A DNA stretch of 64,000 nucleotides. Source: Hypanus sabinus. Lineage: Eukaryota. Numbering within the stretch: the stretch's first letter is position 1; each line of letters begins with the position of its first letter. The translations under genes and the position numbers were made by a program. The stretch covers positions 30,814,001 through 30,878,000 of the forward strand of contig NC_082721.1 in assembly GCF_030144855.1 (NCBI RefSeq). Reading direction: 5' to 3'. Positions 10,183 through 22,780 of the stretch are shown piece after piece. Below the pieces are notes generated by a model. It saw only the letters and a list, made by a program, of their open reading frames with translations, was not told the origin of the DNA and did not search any database.

Positions 10183-12134
10183 AGAACTTGTAGTCAAAGG
10201 GTTAAAAAGCACAGAACAGAAGAATGGATAATGTTTTACATTTGAACCAATGTTTGAAATTTGTCACAAGATCTGTGAAGATCTCAGAATGCTTAAATAA
10301 AAGGAAATTGATGACTTTATACTTAATGTTTAAGATACATTTAGAGAGATGGGAAATAAAGGGATTTGGACAGAAAGATTAATTAGTTTAGATTGTTATC
10401 AAGGTTAGCACAGCCACACTGGGCTGAACAACCACTCCTGCACTTTACTGTTCCATACTATTTCTTTCTTTAAAGGGTAAAGCTGTGTATTGATCACAGG
10501 ATTATGAACCAGGAACTGTTTTGAGAAGTCATTGGTGGCAACTGTGAAGAACACATACCTATAAGACCAAAACAAGACCTTGAGTTAGAGGAACAGTGTT
10601 GCAAAGTGACACCTTCACTCCCAGCAAAATATAAACAACTCACCAGGGAGCTGTTTGAATTTTTTTTTGGCTGCAAGTCAATGTGTCAGATATCTCAAAA
10701 TGAAAACAAGACAGCATCCATCTGGTTTAAGTGAGATGAGAAATACTGAGTCCATTCTGAAACATCCCATTGCATCAAAGGCCTCAGTGGTGGACTGGAA
10801 AGTTGCTGATACAGTAATAATAAGAGCCAAGTACAAGTCTTGGTTAAGACACCAAATGTACCTGTGTAGTGAAACTTGGCTGTGAGACTTACTTGGGGAA
10901 ACTGTCAGAACCAACTTCAAAATGAGCTAATGGAAGTTCAAAGTAAACTTATTATCTATGTATCAGTCTGAATATTTATGTTTAGTTTTTCTGTATTTCC
11001 CTTAGGCACCTTGAGATTCATTTTTAAGCAGGCATTTAAAGGAAATTTTATGGAAAAACTGTACATAAATATTCAAAGACTGATAATAACCAATGTGCAG
11101 AAGACAGACTGCAAACAGAAAATAATACCAAGAACATGAATTGTAAAGAGTCTTTGAAAGTGAGTAAAACTGTAGCATTTGCTCAGAGTGATGGGGAATC
11201 TATGCCGGTTCAGGAGCTTGATAGTTATAGGGTAACAACTGTTCCTGAACCTGGTGGTGTGGGACCTAAGGCCTCTGTACCTCCTGCCCAATGGTAGTAG
11301 CAAAAAGAGGATATGGCCAGATGACATTGCTCTTTGATGATGGATGTTGCATCCTAGCTGTCCACTTGATATGCAATCCAGGGTACTGTATTATGATATG
11401 GAGAGCAAGCTGATGCCTATGCAGCAGGCTCCCCCTCTCCACACAGCTGATGAATCTAAAGGAACAGCAGAGACAAATATAGTTTGGCATCAGCAACATC
11501 ACAAGAGTTGCCAGTCAGCTTTGAATTCAATGCAGTACTGCTTTGGCAACCCCAGCTCCAGACTTTTCCTTGGGATTTATTCTCGAAGCTTTCCCCATGA
11601 GGGGGTACAGCCACAAGGCAACAGAGGTTTGAGATTAGAGTTTTTCTTCTCCAAATGGCTGATGAGCCCCATCTGCCCAAAGTGACTGGTTCTAAGGCAC
11701 CAGTAACCACCTTTGTCCTCCTATCAGTAGAAATGGTTCCACCAGAGCGTTTAATGTCTTTGGGCCTGTACTCGCTGGAGTTTATAAGGATAAGGCAGGG
11801 ATCTCATTGAAACCTTTTGAATATTGAAAGGCCTAGCTAGAGTGCATGTTTCCTATAGTGGGGCAGTCTAGGACTGAGGTCACACAATAGAGGAATGTCT
11901 ATTTAGATGGAGAGAGGAGGAATTTCTTGTGTCAGAGGTGGTGAGTCTGAAATTTGTTGCCAATGGTAGTTGAGGAGGCCAGGTCATTGGGTGTATTTAG
12001 GCAGAGTTTGATAGGTTGTTAATTAGTCAGGGAGTGAAAGGTGAGATTGGGGTTGAGAGTGAAAATGGATCATCCAACATGAAACGGACGACCAGATTTG
12101 ATGGGCTAAATAGCCTAGCTCTGCTATAGTCTTG

Positions 12135-12710
12135 TATCAAAAACTCCATTCCTGCCACACTGGGCACCTACCAATATACTTATCAATGACAGATGCTGTA
12201 GCACTTGTCACAGACACATTTAGAAAAAAAAGACATTATGTCACAATGCTGTTTCTGGAATTCAACACTACTGTCCCACAGACCTTGGTGAACAAACTCC
12301 TACTCCTTGGTCTAAATACACAACTGTGCAACTGGGTGTTGGACTTCCTAACGAACACTCAGGATGCACAATCGCTCCTCCCTCCCCATCCTCAACATGG
12401 GTGTTCCCCAGGGCTGTGTGCTGAGCTCATTGTTTTACACTCTGCTCACACATGACTGGCACGGCCAAACACCTAGCAATCACAACATCAAGTTTGCCAA
12501 TGACATAACAGTGGTGGGAGTCATCACCAGCAACAATGAGATGGTCTACAGAGGTGATAAAAGAGCTCGCGGGTTGAGGCCAGGCAAATAACCTCTTCCT
12601 TAATGTCAATAAGACTAAGGAGGTAGTGGACTTCAGGAAAATCACACCACCATACCCCCTTTCACATGAGTGGCACAGCAGTGAAAACTATAAGCAATAT
12701 CAAACTCCTA
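12135..12710 (+). mobile_element. Rex1/Babar LINE reverse transcriptase remnant
   Basis: Fragments LCNWVLDFLTN, GVPQGCVLSSLFYTLLTHD, NHNIKFANDITVVG. Confidence 0.75.
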
Positions 12711-12714
12711 GAAA

Positions 12715-13330
12715 AACTAACTGAAATCAATATCTAGTGTGACCAACCTTTGCCTTTAAAACTGCATCAATTCTTTTAGGTACACTGCTGTGTAGTTTTA
12801 GAAGAAATTGGCTGGTAGGTTGTTCCTAACATTTTGTTGAATTTGCCACAGTTCTTCTGCAGACTTTGGCTGTCTTACTTGCTTCTGTCTCTCCAAGTAA
12901 TCGCAGTCACCCTATGATGGAGGTCATACCATTTGTTGTAGAACTTCTTGTTCTTTTTTGCTGAAGATAGTTCTTTGTGACCTTGGCCACACATTTGGTG
13001 TCATTGTCTTGCTACAGAATGAAGTTGAGACTCATCACACACCTCCTTGATGGTATTGCATGATGGATGAGAATTTGCTTGTACTTCTCAGCATTGAGGA
13101 CTCCTTTAATTCCGACCAGATCACTGACTCCATCTGCAGAAATGAAGCCCCAAACATGCAGGAAATCTCCACCGTCCTTCACTGTAGCAACCTCCAGCTA
13201 TTTTACAGAAAAAAACTGCCTCCTATTCGAGTCAAAAATTTCAAATTTCAACTCGTGCTTCCAGAACACTTGCTGCCATTGTTCAGCACCCCAATCCTTG
13301 TATTTCGGTGCATCGTCTCTTGGCTTTATT
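12715..13330 (-). mobile_element. Tc1-like transposase remnant
   Basis: Resembles Tc1 transposase 3' sequence read on the minus strand (tgtgaccaacctttgcctttaaaactgcatcaattct..., gcagaaatgaagccccaaacatgca). No intact ORF. Confidence 0.55.
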
Positions 13331-14286
13331 TCCAGTTCAGAGATATACCAATGACTTGATTTAGTCTTTTACTGTTTTTTGCTCTATAGTAATTTTTTGA
13401 GATTTAGAAACTTCATTATTTTGAAAGCATCTTTACAATTTTTTGCACGTGCCTGACTTCTGCACAGAACTGTATGCATATAAGCTAACTTATGTATTAA
13501 TATTGTTTTTTTTAAATCTTTGTTTTTTTGCACTTCATTGGATCCAGACTAACAATTATTTCATTCTCTTTTACACTCGTATACAGGAAAATAATTAAAC
13601 AATCTTTAATTTATTACTTTATTAAAAACAATATTTGCAAAAACATGGTATCAATTTAAGCAACTAGTTCTCATTATCAAGTCATTGGACATCCTATATT
13701 TCACTTAAGTTGCAATTCAATGTGGAAAAACTGCTGTCAAAGATCTGAACATAGAACCCATAAATTAAACACATAAAACTTAAATATCACTCCATATAGT
13801 TATAGTCATTTGAGGTCTGATGAAAAGTTTTATTTCTCAACTATGTATTGGCAATTATGACTCCAAAAATTGTTGCTAGCCAAAACAATGTAAATAGTCA
13901 TGAATAAAAAACAAGTCCACTTTGAGTGACCTAACCAATATGGAGATTGTATCATCCACTTCTGAAGCGCAGTTCATCGATGTGCTTTCAATTTGTATTA
14001 GGAGCAACAAGTTCCACTGGAAGGAGTGCAGGACCTTTTAACAATGTTTTTTTTCCTTCGATAACTGTATCAAAACATTTTGGTAGAGTAGATTTGAAGA
14101 ATCAAGGATTTACAGAAGAACACTTTAAGGAAACCAGGAATCTGAAAAAGAGACGATGTACTTTAAGATACATGTCTACTACAAGTGGCTGTGAGACCAA
14201 TAAGCACACAAGTTTATCATGAACTATCTGCATAACTGTATTGCATCAACTTTTCATTATCTGTAATCCAAAGTCTATGCAAAATG

Positions 14287-14363
14287 TAGGGGTTACCATC
14301 TTTTATGCCATGGACTCTTAACATTAACTGAGGGGTCCGTGAATCCCAGGTTGGGAACCCCCA
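14287..14363 (+). mobile_element. About 80-bp hAT (Charlie/MER5-like) MITE; related inverted copy at 60626-60705
   Basis: Terminal inverted repeats aggggttaccatc / ggttgggaacccc. The second copy shares internal sequence in the opposite orientation. Confidence 0.55.
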
Positions 14364-15384
14364 AATTAAACATTCTCTACTCACCAAACTGTTCAAGACC
14401 TAAACTGCCAAAGAACATCTTTCAATCACAGTTGTTTGTGGTCTCACTGCTGCCAGCCCTTCCTTAGACCCCAGTTCTTTACACAAATTTATGTCAATGG
14501 CAGGGGCGAGGTAAGAATCAAATGAATCTATTGTTGACATTTAGTTGCCTTCTGTTGGTTTTAAAAAAAAAATTCCCAATCCTCATACTTTCTACATATC
14601 ATTGCTATATTATATGCATTCTCCTTTGCTTTAATGTTGGCTTTGAGTTCTCTTGTTAGCCATGGTTGCATCATTCTCCTTTAGAATACTTCATTATCTT
14701 TGGGATAGGCGTATCCAGCACCTTCCAAATTACTCCCAAAAACTCCAGCCATTGTTAATCTGCCATTGCTCCTGCTAGTGACCTCCTCCAATCACCTTTG
14801 GCCAGCTCCTTTCTCATTCTCTGCCCAACATCCTGAAATTCCCGTCACTGAAATAATTCTTCCCCAATCATCCTTACAATGCCATCTAAAATCATTCATC
14901 AAATTTCCTTGGTGGAACTGCAAGTCAAACCATCTTCCCCATGGGCAATAAATGCTGGCTTAGTTGGTGACGCCCACATCCCATAAATGAATTAAAAATG
15001 GTCTAATATTTGCCTCCCACCATCAATCTGATTAATTTAACATGCCTCCACACCCAATACTGCTTTCTTTAAAAATTGCATTACTTCTCCAGCAAATCCT
15101 CCAAAGAATTCATGCTCTGTTTCTAAGAAGCGCATTTCATAATTTGGGGATGTATGCATTTGGGATTAGAACAGTCACCTCCCGATCAAATTAAGAAATA
15201 GTTTGTAAGCTTAGCTTCAGATAGTGGCCATGGATGGAGAAAGATTTGATGAAAACAATTTGTAACATATTTCAAAAGCACTCCACATACTTGACTGAAA
15301 GATTTCTGATCATTCAGGACTGAATGTTGGACACAGGGCCAGTTAAGGCATTGAGTGAATTACAATCACCTTCAATGCAAGAAT

Positions 15385-15521
15385 AGATCTATACAATGTT
15401 TTTTTATTAAAATAGTGGCAGCGATGATCAGGCCCAAGGATACATAAAAAAGGGTAGGGAAGAGTCTCTGAACAGTGGAGCCATGTGACTGCAATCCCAA
15501 GTGGCAAGTCAACAGATATAC
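15385..15521 (-). other. Candidate terminal 3' UTR exon of the CDC42SE gene
   Basis: Acceptor ttctcctctcag|G at 15521 and AATAAA at 15408-15403. A downstream exon is required because a consensus donor follows the stop-codon exon, but this particular assignment is unproven. Confidence 0.35.
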
Positions 15522-15949
15522 CTGAGAGGAGAATCATACAGCCACACATATTAAAAGCTGCTGCTAAGTGCAATGTGAACATAGTTATGAAAGATCACAT
15601 TCCATTGTTGCTGCCGACCAGGACAAAAAATTCTGGTTGACTATATCCTCTTCTATCTTAGATAAGATGAAACTAATTATAAATGGCCCACAGTGATTGG
15701 TCATTTCAGTAGACCATGAATTGAATCCAAGAACCAAATCCTTCTGATCAGTCTGGCTCAGTAACTCTATGAATAAACTAAATGAATCATCGGAGAATAC
15801 AATTATTGCTTTTTACTTGTTGAATGAGTAATAAAAGGAATACATTCCTGCTTACATGTCAACTTATCAAGTATTCTGCAGGAAAATAATAACAGATTGA
15901 AAGAGGAAAAAGCATAAAATGGAGTATGAACCTGTCAGGCTATGACAAG

Positions 15950-16680
15950 GTCAAGTCACTTATTGTCATTTCGATCATTACTGCTGGTACAGTACATAGT
16001 AAGAATGAGATTTTTCTCAGGACCATGGTGTTATATGACACAGTACAAAAACTAGACTGAACTATGTTAAAAAAACCACAGAGAAAGCTACACCAGACTA
16101 CAGACCTACACAGGACTGCATAAAGTGCACAAAAACAGTGCAGGCATTACAATATATAATAAACAGGACAGTAGGGCAAGGTGTCAATCCAGGCTTCGGA
16201 TATTGAGGAGTCTGTTAGCTTAGGGGAAGAAACTGTTACATAGTCTGGATGTGAAAGCCCGAATGCTTCGGAGCCTTTTCCCAGATGACGGGAGGGAGAA
16301 GAGTTTGTATGAGGGGTGCATGGGTCCTTCATAATGCTGTTTCCTTTGCGGATGCAGCGTGTAGTGTAAACGTCCATGATGGCGGGAAGAAATGCCCTGA
16401 TGATCTTCTCGGCTGACCTCACTATCCGCTGCAGGGTCTTGCGATCCAAGATGGTGCAATTTGCGAACTGAGCAGCTGCTCAGGATGCTCTCAATACAAC
16501 CCCTATAGAATGTGATGAGGATGGGGGGGGTGTAGGAAATGGACTTTCCTCAGCCTTCACAGAAAGAGATGCTGCTGGGCTTTCTTTGCTATGGAGCTGG
16601 TGTTGAAGGACCAGGTGAGATTCTCCATCAGGTGAACACCAAGAAACTTGGTGCTCTTTACGATCTCTACCAAGGAGAGA
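15950..16680 (-). mobile_element. Rex1/Babar LINE 3' fragment
   Basis: Fragments STKFLGVHLMENLTWSFNTSSIAKKAQQHLF, DRKTLQRIVRSAEKII, LPSSGKRLRSIRAFTSRLCNSFFP. Tail aaatgacaataaagtgacttgacc. Confidence 0.8.
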
Positions 16681-16969
16681 TCACTATCACCCTGGGCCAA
16701 GCAAGCTAATAAAAACATAATCAAACAGAAGTTTTTTTGGGAAAAAAAGCACAAATAGAACAACAATTTTTTAACATAGTGAAATATTCCATCATACTTA
16801 ACAGGAGCATTAATGAACAAATTTTGACACTGAGCCACATAGGGAGACAACAAAACACTTGGTAAAATAGATGGGTTTAGGCAGATCCTTGAAAGAGGTA
16901 AAAGGGTTTATGGAAGGAATTTCCATAGTATAGGTCTTAAGCAAATGAAATCAGATGCAATGATAGAGT

Positions 16970-17450
16970 GAGAGATGCCACAAAACAACCTGTCTCTCAA
17001 TGTCAGCAAGATCAAAGAGCTGATTATTGACATCAAGAGGGAGAAACTGGAGGCCCATGAGTCTCATCAGGGGATTATAGGTGGAGAGGGTCAGCAACTT
17101 CAAATTCCTTCGTGTTATCATTTCAGAGGATCTGTCCTGGGCCCAGCACACAAGCACAACTATGAAGAATGCTCAGCAATGCCTCCACTTCCTTGGAAGT
17201 TTGTGAAGATTCAGCATGACATCTAAAACTTTGATAAACTTCTCTATATGTGGTGGAGAGTATATTGACTGGTTGTATCACAGCCTGGAATGAAAGGACC
17301 AAAATGCTTGAATGGAAAAAAAATCATAAAATGTAGCAATACGGCTCAGTCCGTCACAAGTAAAGTCCTCTCCGCCACTGAGCACATCAGCATCCATCAG
17401 AGAACACCCACCACCAGACCACGCTCTCTTCTCACTGCTGCCATCAGTTA
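16970..17450 (+). mobile_element. Rex1/Babar LINE fragment
   Basis: NNLSLNVSKIKELIID motif. Confidence 0.65.
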
Positions 17451-19921
17451 GCAGCGGACAAATCAAAAGAGAGAACTTCACACACATTGGAGGGAAGCTT
17501 AAAAAGGAGCATTTTGCGGGGATTGGCGCATTAGCGGCAGACCAATTGATTCACGATTCGTTAGCAGGAACAAGTAAAAACAAGGTCAAAGTAGAGTGGC
17601 CACTGTGCCAGTGGACAATGTTAAACCTTTAAAATAAAGGCTATTAAATAAATGGAAAGGAATACAACTACAATGCAGCATTCCATTCAATATGTAAATA
17701 AATGAAATAGAATAGCATTAACAATGATAACAAGTTATACTCGAGTAAACTACTTGTGCCATTGCTTATGATCAGCAAATGAAAATGCCATTTTAATTTA
17801 CCCTTGGTGGCAAATGGTGTTCAATGTATTTGGAAAGCTGACATGGTAAATCTGAGAGTGATAGTTAACACAGCAATTTAGAAAGGCAATACTAAAATCA
17901 AAGAATGACCAAATAAAATGGAAAGAGGGGAAAAAAATTGTGAGCAGCAGAATGGTGCTCGAAGATTACTTTAAAAAAAATTGCTAAAGGGTGGGGGAAA
18001 ATGGTTCATGAAGCAACTTAACTGATGTTTTTAAAGGTACAAAACAAAAATTATAACCCAAAATAAAAATTCATGTTTGCACATACATGGGTCCATTGCT
18101 CAGAAGATTTTTTGTTCCTGCCGGGAAATATCGCAATGCAAAAAAAAAGGTCTCAAAATTAATACAACCAAGGCAATTCAGAAAATTGGCTAAATCTCTA
18201 GCTAATCTGGCCAAGACAAATTACATGTAGTGATGCCAAGGCCAGAAACAAATATATCTTGCCGATAAATGACCCTTTGGAATGGATGCTAAAGTGAGTG
18301 TCCAACATAATGAATTGAACATTAGCCAGTGTCTGAATGTTTAGGTTCAAAGCAGGATGTACACATGCAATTTACACAAAGTATCACAGCTGACTAGATC
18401 ACACTGTTTGTTCCAGATTGTTATTAGGCAATCTGCTATTAGGTTCATAGCCCTGAGAACGTGGGTATAGCTGAATGCAATTTAAGAGCTACATGCATCA
18501 GTGCCAAAAGCCTCTTGCAGTAAAAGAATTCTCTGAAAGCTAGTGAGGCCTTATTATCTCACAATTGGTCTTGAAAGAGGTAGTGAGCCCTTTGGTGAAC
18601 CACTGCACCAAATATCTGAAGGTATGCCTGTTTACTGTTGAATTGTGAGCTTCTGGATTTAGACTCAGCAATGATGAAGGATTGTCAATTTACTTAAAAT
18701 TCAACTGCAAGAATTGAATAGACTGCATTTGTTTTCATTGGAGCAGAGAAGCCCAAGAGGGATCCTGAGTGGGTTATACATAATTGTGAGGGACATAGAG
18801 TGATTGTAGAAACATTTTAACTAAGTAAAATGTGCCTATAACCAGTAGGCACAGGTTTAAGAGGTGGGAGATTTAAAAGAATGTTCATTCAACAGGATGC
18901 TTGAAATCTGGAAAGAATTGCCTGAAGGAGACAGATACAGTACTCTCACTACATTTTAGTATCTAGATAGACAGCTGGTGAGGGAATCAGATGACCAGCA
19001 TGGAGATGTTGGGCAGAAGGGTGTTTCACCGCTATAGAATTCCATAACTCCCAAGTCACGTGCAACTTGGACCGGGTGGTGCAAAGAAAATCAAAATACT
19101 GAAGAAACTCAGGGTTCAAGCAGCATCTGCAGGAAATGGTGTTCCACATGCACAGTGCCTTGTCCTTGTGGTAGAGATCATGAGTTTGGGAAACACTGTT
19201 GAAGTAGTCAAAAATATCTGTAGAGCTTCTTGGAGATGGCAAAACTATAGCCACACAGCTCCTAGGTCTTATGGTCTAAATGTAGAGTAATCCACCATAT
19301 TCCTAATGTGTACGTTGCAGATAGATGAAAGCTTTTAAGGTATCAGGAGATGAATGATATGTTCGAAGCTACTCACCCTCCATGTTTTCTTGAGAACAGA
19401 GGATCCATATGGCTGGCCCATTTGAGTTTCTGTTCAATAGTTTCACATCCCCCCAAACCTTCACCTTCCCAGAATGTCATAGGCAGAGTAACAGCAATAG
19501 AACAGGGTGGATAACTAGATTTTCTCTTGTTGGAGATGCTATTTTCTGTCTGTTATTTTCCAAATTATGTTTTCTACATTTTACTGTGGTCAGGCAAGAA
19601 TTTACCATGACATAAGCACAGATGGCAGGCATCACAGCGTGAAAACTTGGATCCAAAGGGCCAATATCAAGTCTAAAGTGCCACCATCAAGATCTCTCCA
19701 GGGATTACCTGGTAAAGTCCATGTACAAGTGTGGTGATGGGCAGAAGAGCTGCCCCATCATGATCGCAAAATTTATTCTTGGGATTGTCTAAATTCTGTA
19801 ATATAGGATCATGAAAGCAATGCTACTGGATAAAACCTTTATTTGATTCAATCAAAATCACAGTAACAGCGATACTTACTAATGGATTAACTGGATCTGT
19901 GGAACTCCGTTGCTGATGATC

Positions 19922-20023
19922 CTATGCTGCTTTTGTATCGATGAGATGCAGAGTCTGAATACTAATTGGCATGGTATCACCGTAGCCACCCTTAGATTTC
20001 ATTAAGCCATATACATCATTTAA
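19922..20023 (-). CDS. CDC42 small effector (SPEC) family protein, coding exon 3 to stop
   Basis: ttttgtgacag| encodes LNDVYGLMKSKGGYGDTMPISIQTLHLIDTKAA*, matching the CDC42SE2 C-terminus pattern MQSKGGYG...L.DTKA. Confidence 0.9.
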   Translation of the reverse strand, partial: LNDVYGLMKSKGGYGDTMPISIQTLHLIDTKAA

Positions 20024-20809
20024 CTGTCACAAAACAAAAATGGTTTATTAATTAGATAAGTCTACTGTTTAAATGTTGCATTGTCAGAACGTTCTTATGA
20101 CTGATTTTCTCTCTCATTATTCTTGGGAGTATTTCTTACTTTCAGTTTAACTTGTTCAACATCCAAGTATGTTATTAAAATATCGTGGCTCTACCACCAA
20201 CTCCTTCAGAAGAAAGATCCAAGAATTGCCACTTCTGCAGTATTTGAGCCCAGAGCTAATCTGTCATTGTACAACAGTGATGGAAGCTGTCACTTTGCAT
20301 TTAAGGAGGTACCAGATTGAACCCACATCCTTTAAGTTAATTTAGGTACTAGGAGCAATTCTAGCTCAGCATGAAAAGATTTAGCTCTTCAAGATCGTTA
20401 TGCAGAAGCTATTGCCAAAATATGCACATGCTAGGTTAAGGTGGCACCTCCTCCTTACTTAATAATCAACATGTATTATCCCATTTATGAATATGACTGT
20501 ATCCAACAGAATTCAGGGAAGTTTGTGTGAAGGAAAGGGAGGAAAAAGAAACAAAACTATTTTTGACAAGATGCAATTCTACACCTGCTGGTCTGCATTT
20601 TCAAAGCTAGGTGGTGCCAGAATACAATCTTAACAAACTTCAGAAAGAAAGAATAGAGTCCAGTTTCTTTAAAATTCTCCTCTTCCTGTGCCCCAGGTCT
20701 TAAAATGGGAGGAACGGTATCCCTGAGTCACAGAAACTATTAATAGGATGGTAGACATGACCATAAAGTCCAAAAGGAAATCCAGATTTCTTCCCACATA
20801 CACACAAGA

Positions 20810-22780
20810 TACTGGAAACCCAGTGCAACGCACACAAATTGGAGGAACTCAGCAGGTCAGGCGGCATCGATGGAAACGAATGAACAGTCGACATTTCAGG
20901 CCGAGACCCTTCCTCAGGACTGGAAAGGAAGGGGGAAGATGCCAGAATAATAAGGTGGAGGGAGGTGAAGGAGTACAAGCAAGATGTTGATAGGTGAAAC
21001 CAGGTGGGTAGGGGAGAGGGGATGAAGAAAGAAGCTGGGAGATGGAAAAGACAAAGGGCTGGGAAAGAAAGGAATCTGATAGGAGGGGAGAGGACCATAG
21101 GAGAAAAGGAACACCAAGGGGAAAGTGTTAGGCAGGTGAAGAGGCAAGAGACCACAGTGGAGAACTGAAGAAGAGGGAAGGGGGAGGGTAAAAAAAAAAT
21201 TACAAGAAGTCGGAGAAATCAATGTTCACGCCAACAGGTTGGAGGTTACCTAGATGGAATATGAGGTGTTGGTCCTCCAACCTGAGAGGGGCCTCATTAT
21301 GGCAGAAGAGGAGGCCACGGACCAACATGTCAGAATGAGAAATGTAAAGGAATTAAAATGGTTGGCTACTAGGAAACGCTGCTTTTTGCAGATGAAGCAG
21401 AGGTGCTCAACAAAGTGGTCCTCCAGTCTACATTGGATCTTACTGATACAAAGGAGGCTACATCAGGTGTACCGGCTACAGTATACAACCCCAAAAGATT
21501 CGCAGATGAAGTGTTGTCTCTGCTGGAAGTACAGTTTGGGGCTTTGAAAAGAGGTGAGGGAGGAGGTGAATGGGCAAGTGCTGCTTGTAGGCATATGTGC
21601 CGGGGGGGAGGGGGGGATAGAAAATGGTCAAGAGAATCACTGAGAAAGTGGAGAGTTGGGGTTGGGGGGAGAGGAAAAGATGTATTTGGTGGTAGATCCC
21701 ATAGAAGATGGTGGAAGTTGCAGAAAATGGAGTGTTGGATGTCGGAGGCTCATTGGGTGGTAGGTGAGGACAAGAGGAACTCTCCCTGTTAAGGTAGCAG
21801 GAAGATTGGGTGAGCAAAGATGTCCAGGAAATGGAGAGATGCAGGTGAGGGCAGCATAAATGCTGGAAGGGAAACCCTATTCTTTAAAGGAGGGCGACAT
21901 GTTCTGGAAAGGAAATCTCATCCAAGGAAACAGATGGGGCGGAGAAGGAACAGAAAATAAAGAATGGCATTTTTGCAGGAGATGGGGTGGGAAGAGGTAT
22001 AGTCAAGATAGCCCTGTGAATCAGTAGGTTTATAAAAGATATTGGTAGACAATTTGTCTCAAAGATGGAGACAGGGAATATCAGAGAGGGAGATGTCAGA
22101 AATGAACCAAGTGAATTTAAAGGCAGGGTAGAAGTTGGAGGCAAAATTGATGAAATTGACGTGAAGCAGCACAAATGCAGTCAATATAATGCAAAAAGAG
22201 TTGGGGAACATGGACTGTTCCATGTGGGTGCCCATGGCTACACTGAGTTTGGAGAAAGTGAGAGGAGCCAAAAGAAAAATTGTTGAGGGCAAGGACTAGT
22301 TCCACCACACTGAGGAGGGTGGTGGTGAACAGCAACTGGTTGGGCCTGTTGTTAAGAAGCAGAGAGCTTTAAGGCCTTCTTGGTGGCAGATACAAGTGCA
22401 TAGGAACTCATCATTCATGGTGAAAATATGGCGATCAGGACAAGGGAATTGAAAGCTGCTGACGATATAAAGAGCACGTGAAGTGTTGCAGATGTAGGTG
22501 GGAAGGAACTGAACCAAGGAGAGTAAAATGGAGTCGAGGTATGCAGACACTAGTTCAGGCAGAAACAATGTGCCGATCTTGAGTAGGAGGTAGAAACAAG
22601 CAGTGTGGGGTAGGGGAACTTTGAGGCTGTTGGGAGATCTCCAGAGATGATGAGGTTTGTGATGGTGCAGGAGACAACTGCCTGATGGTCCCAAGTGAGG
22701 TCCTTTTCAAGGGGTAAGAAAGAGGTGGTGTCTGGGAGTTATCTTCTGACCTCAGCAAGGTAGAGGTCAGTCCCCCACAC
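20810..22780 (-). mobile_element. Degenerate Penelope-like element (RT, GIY-YIG and pLTR)
   Basis: Fragments VAMGTHM and FINFASNFYPAFKFTWFISD (PLE RT). Terminal hammerhead motif at 20885-20922: cagtc-CTGAGGA-a-gggtctcggcct-GAAA-tgTC-gactg. Confidence 0.8.
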
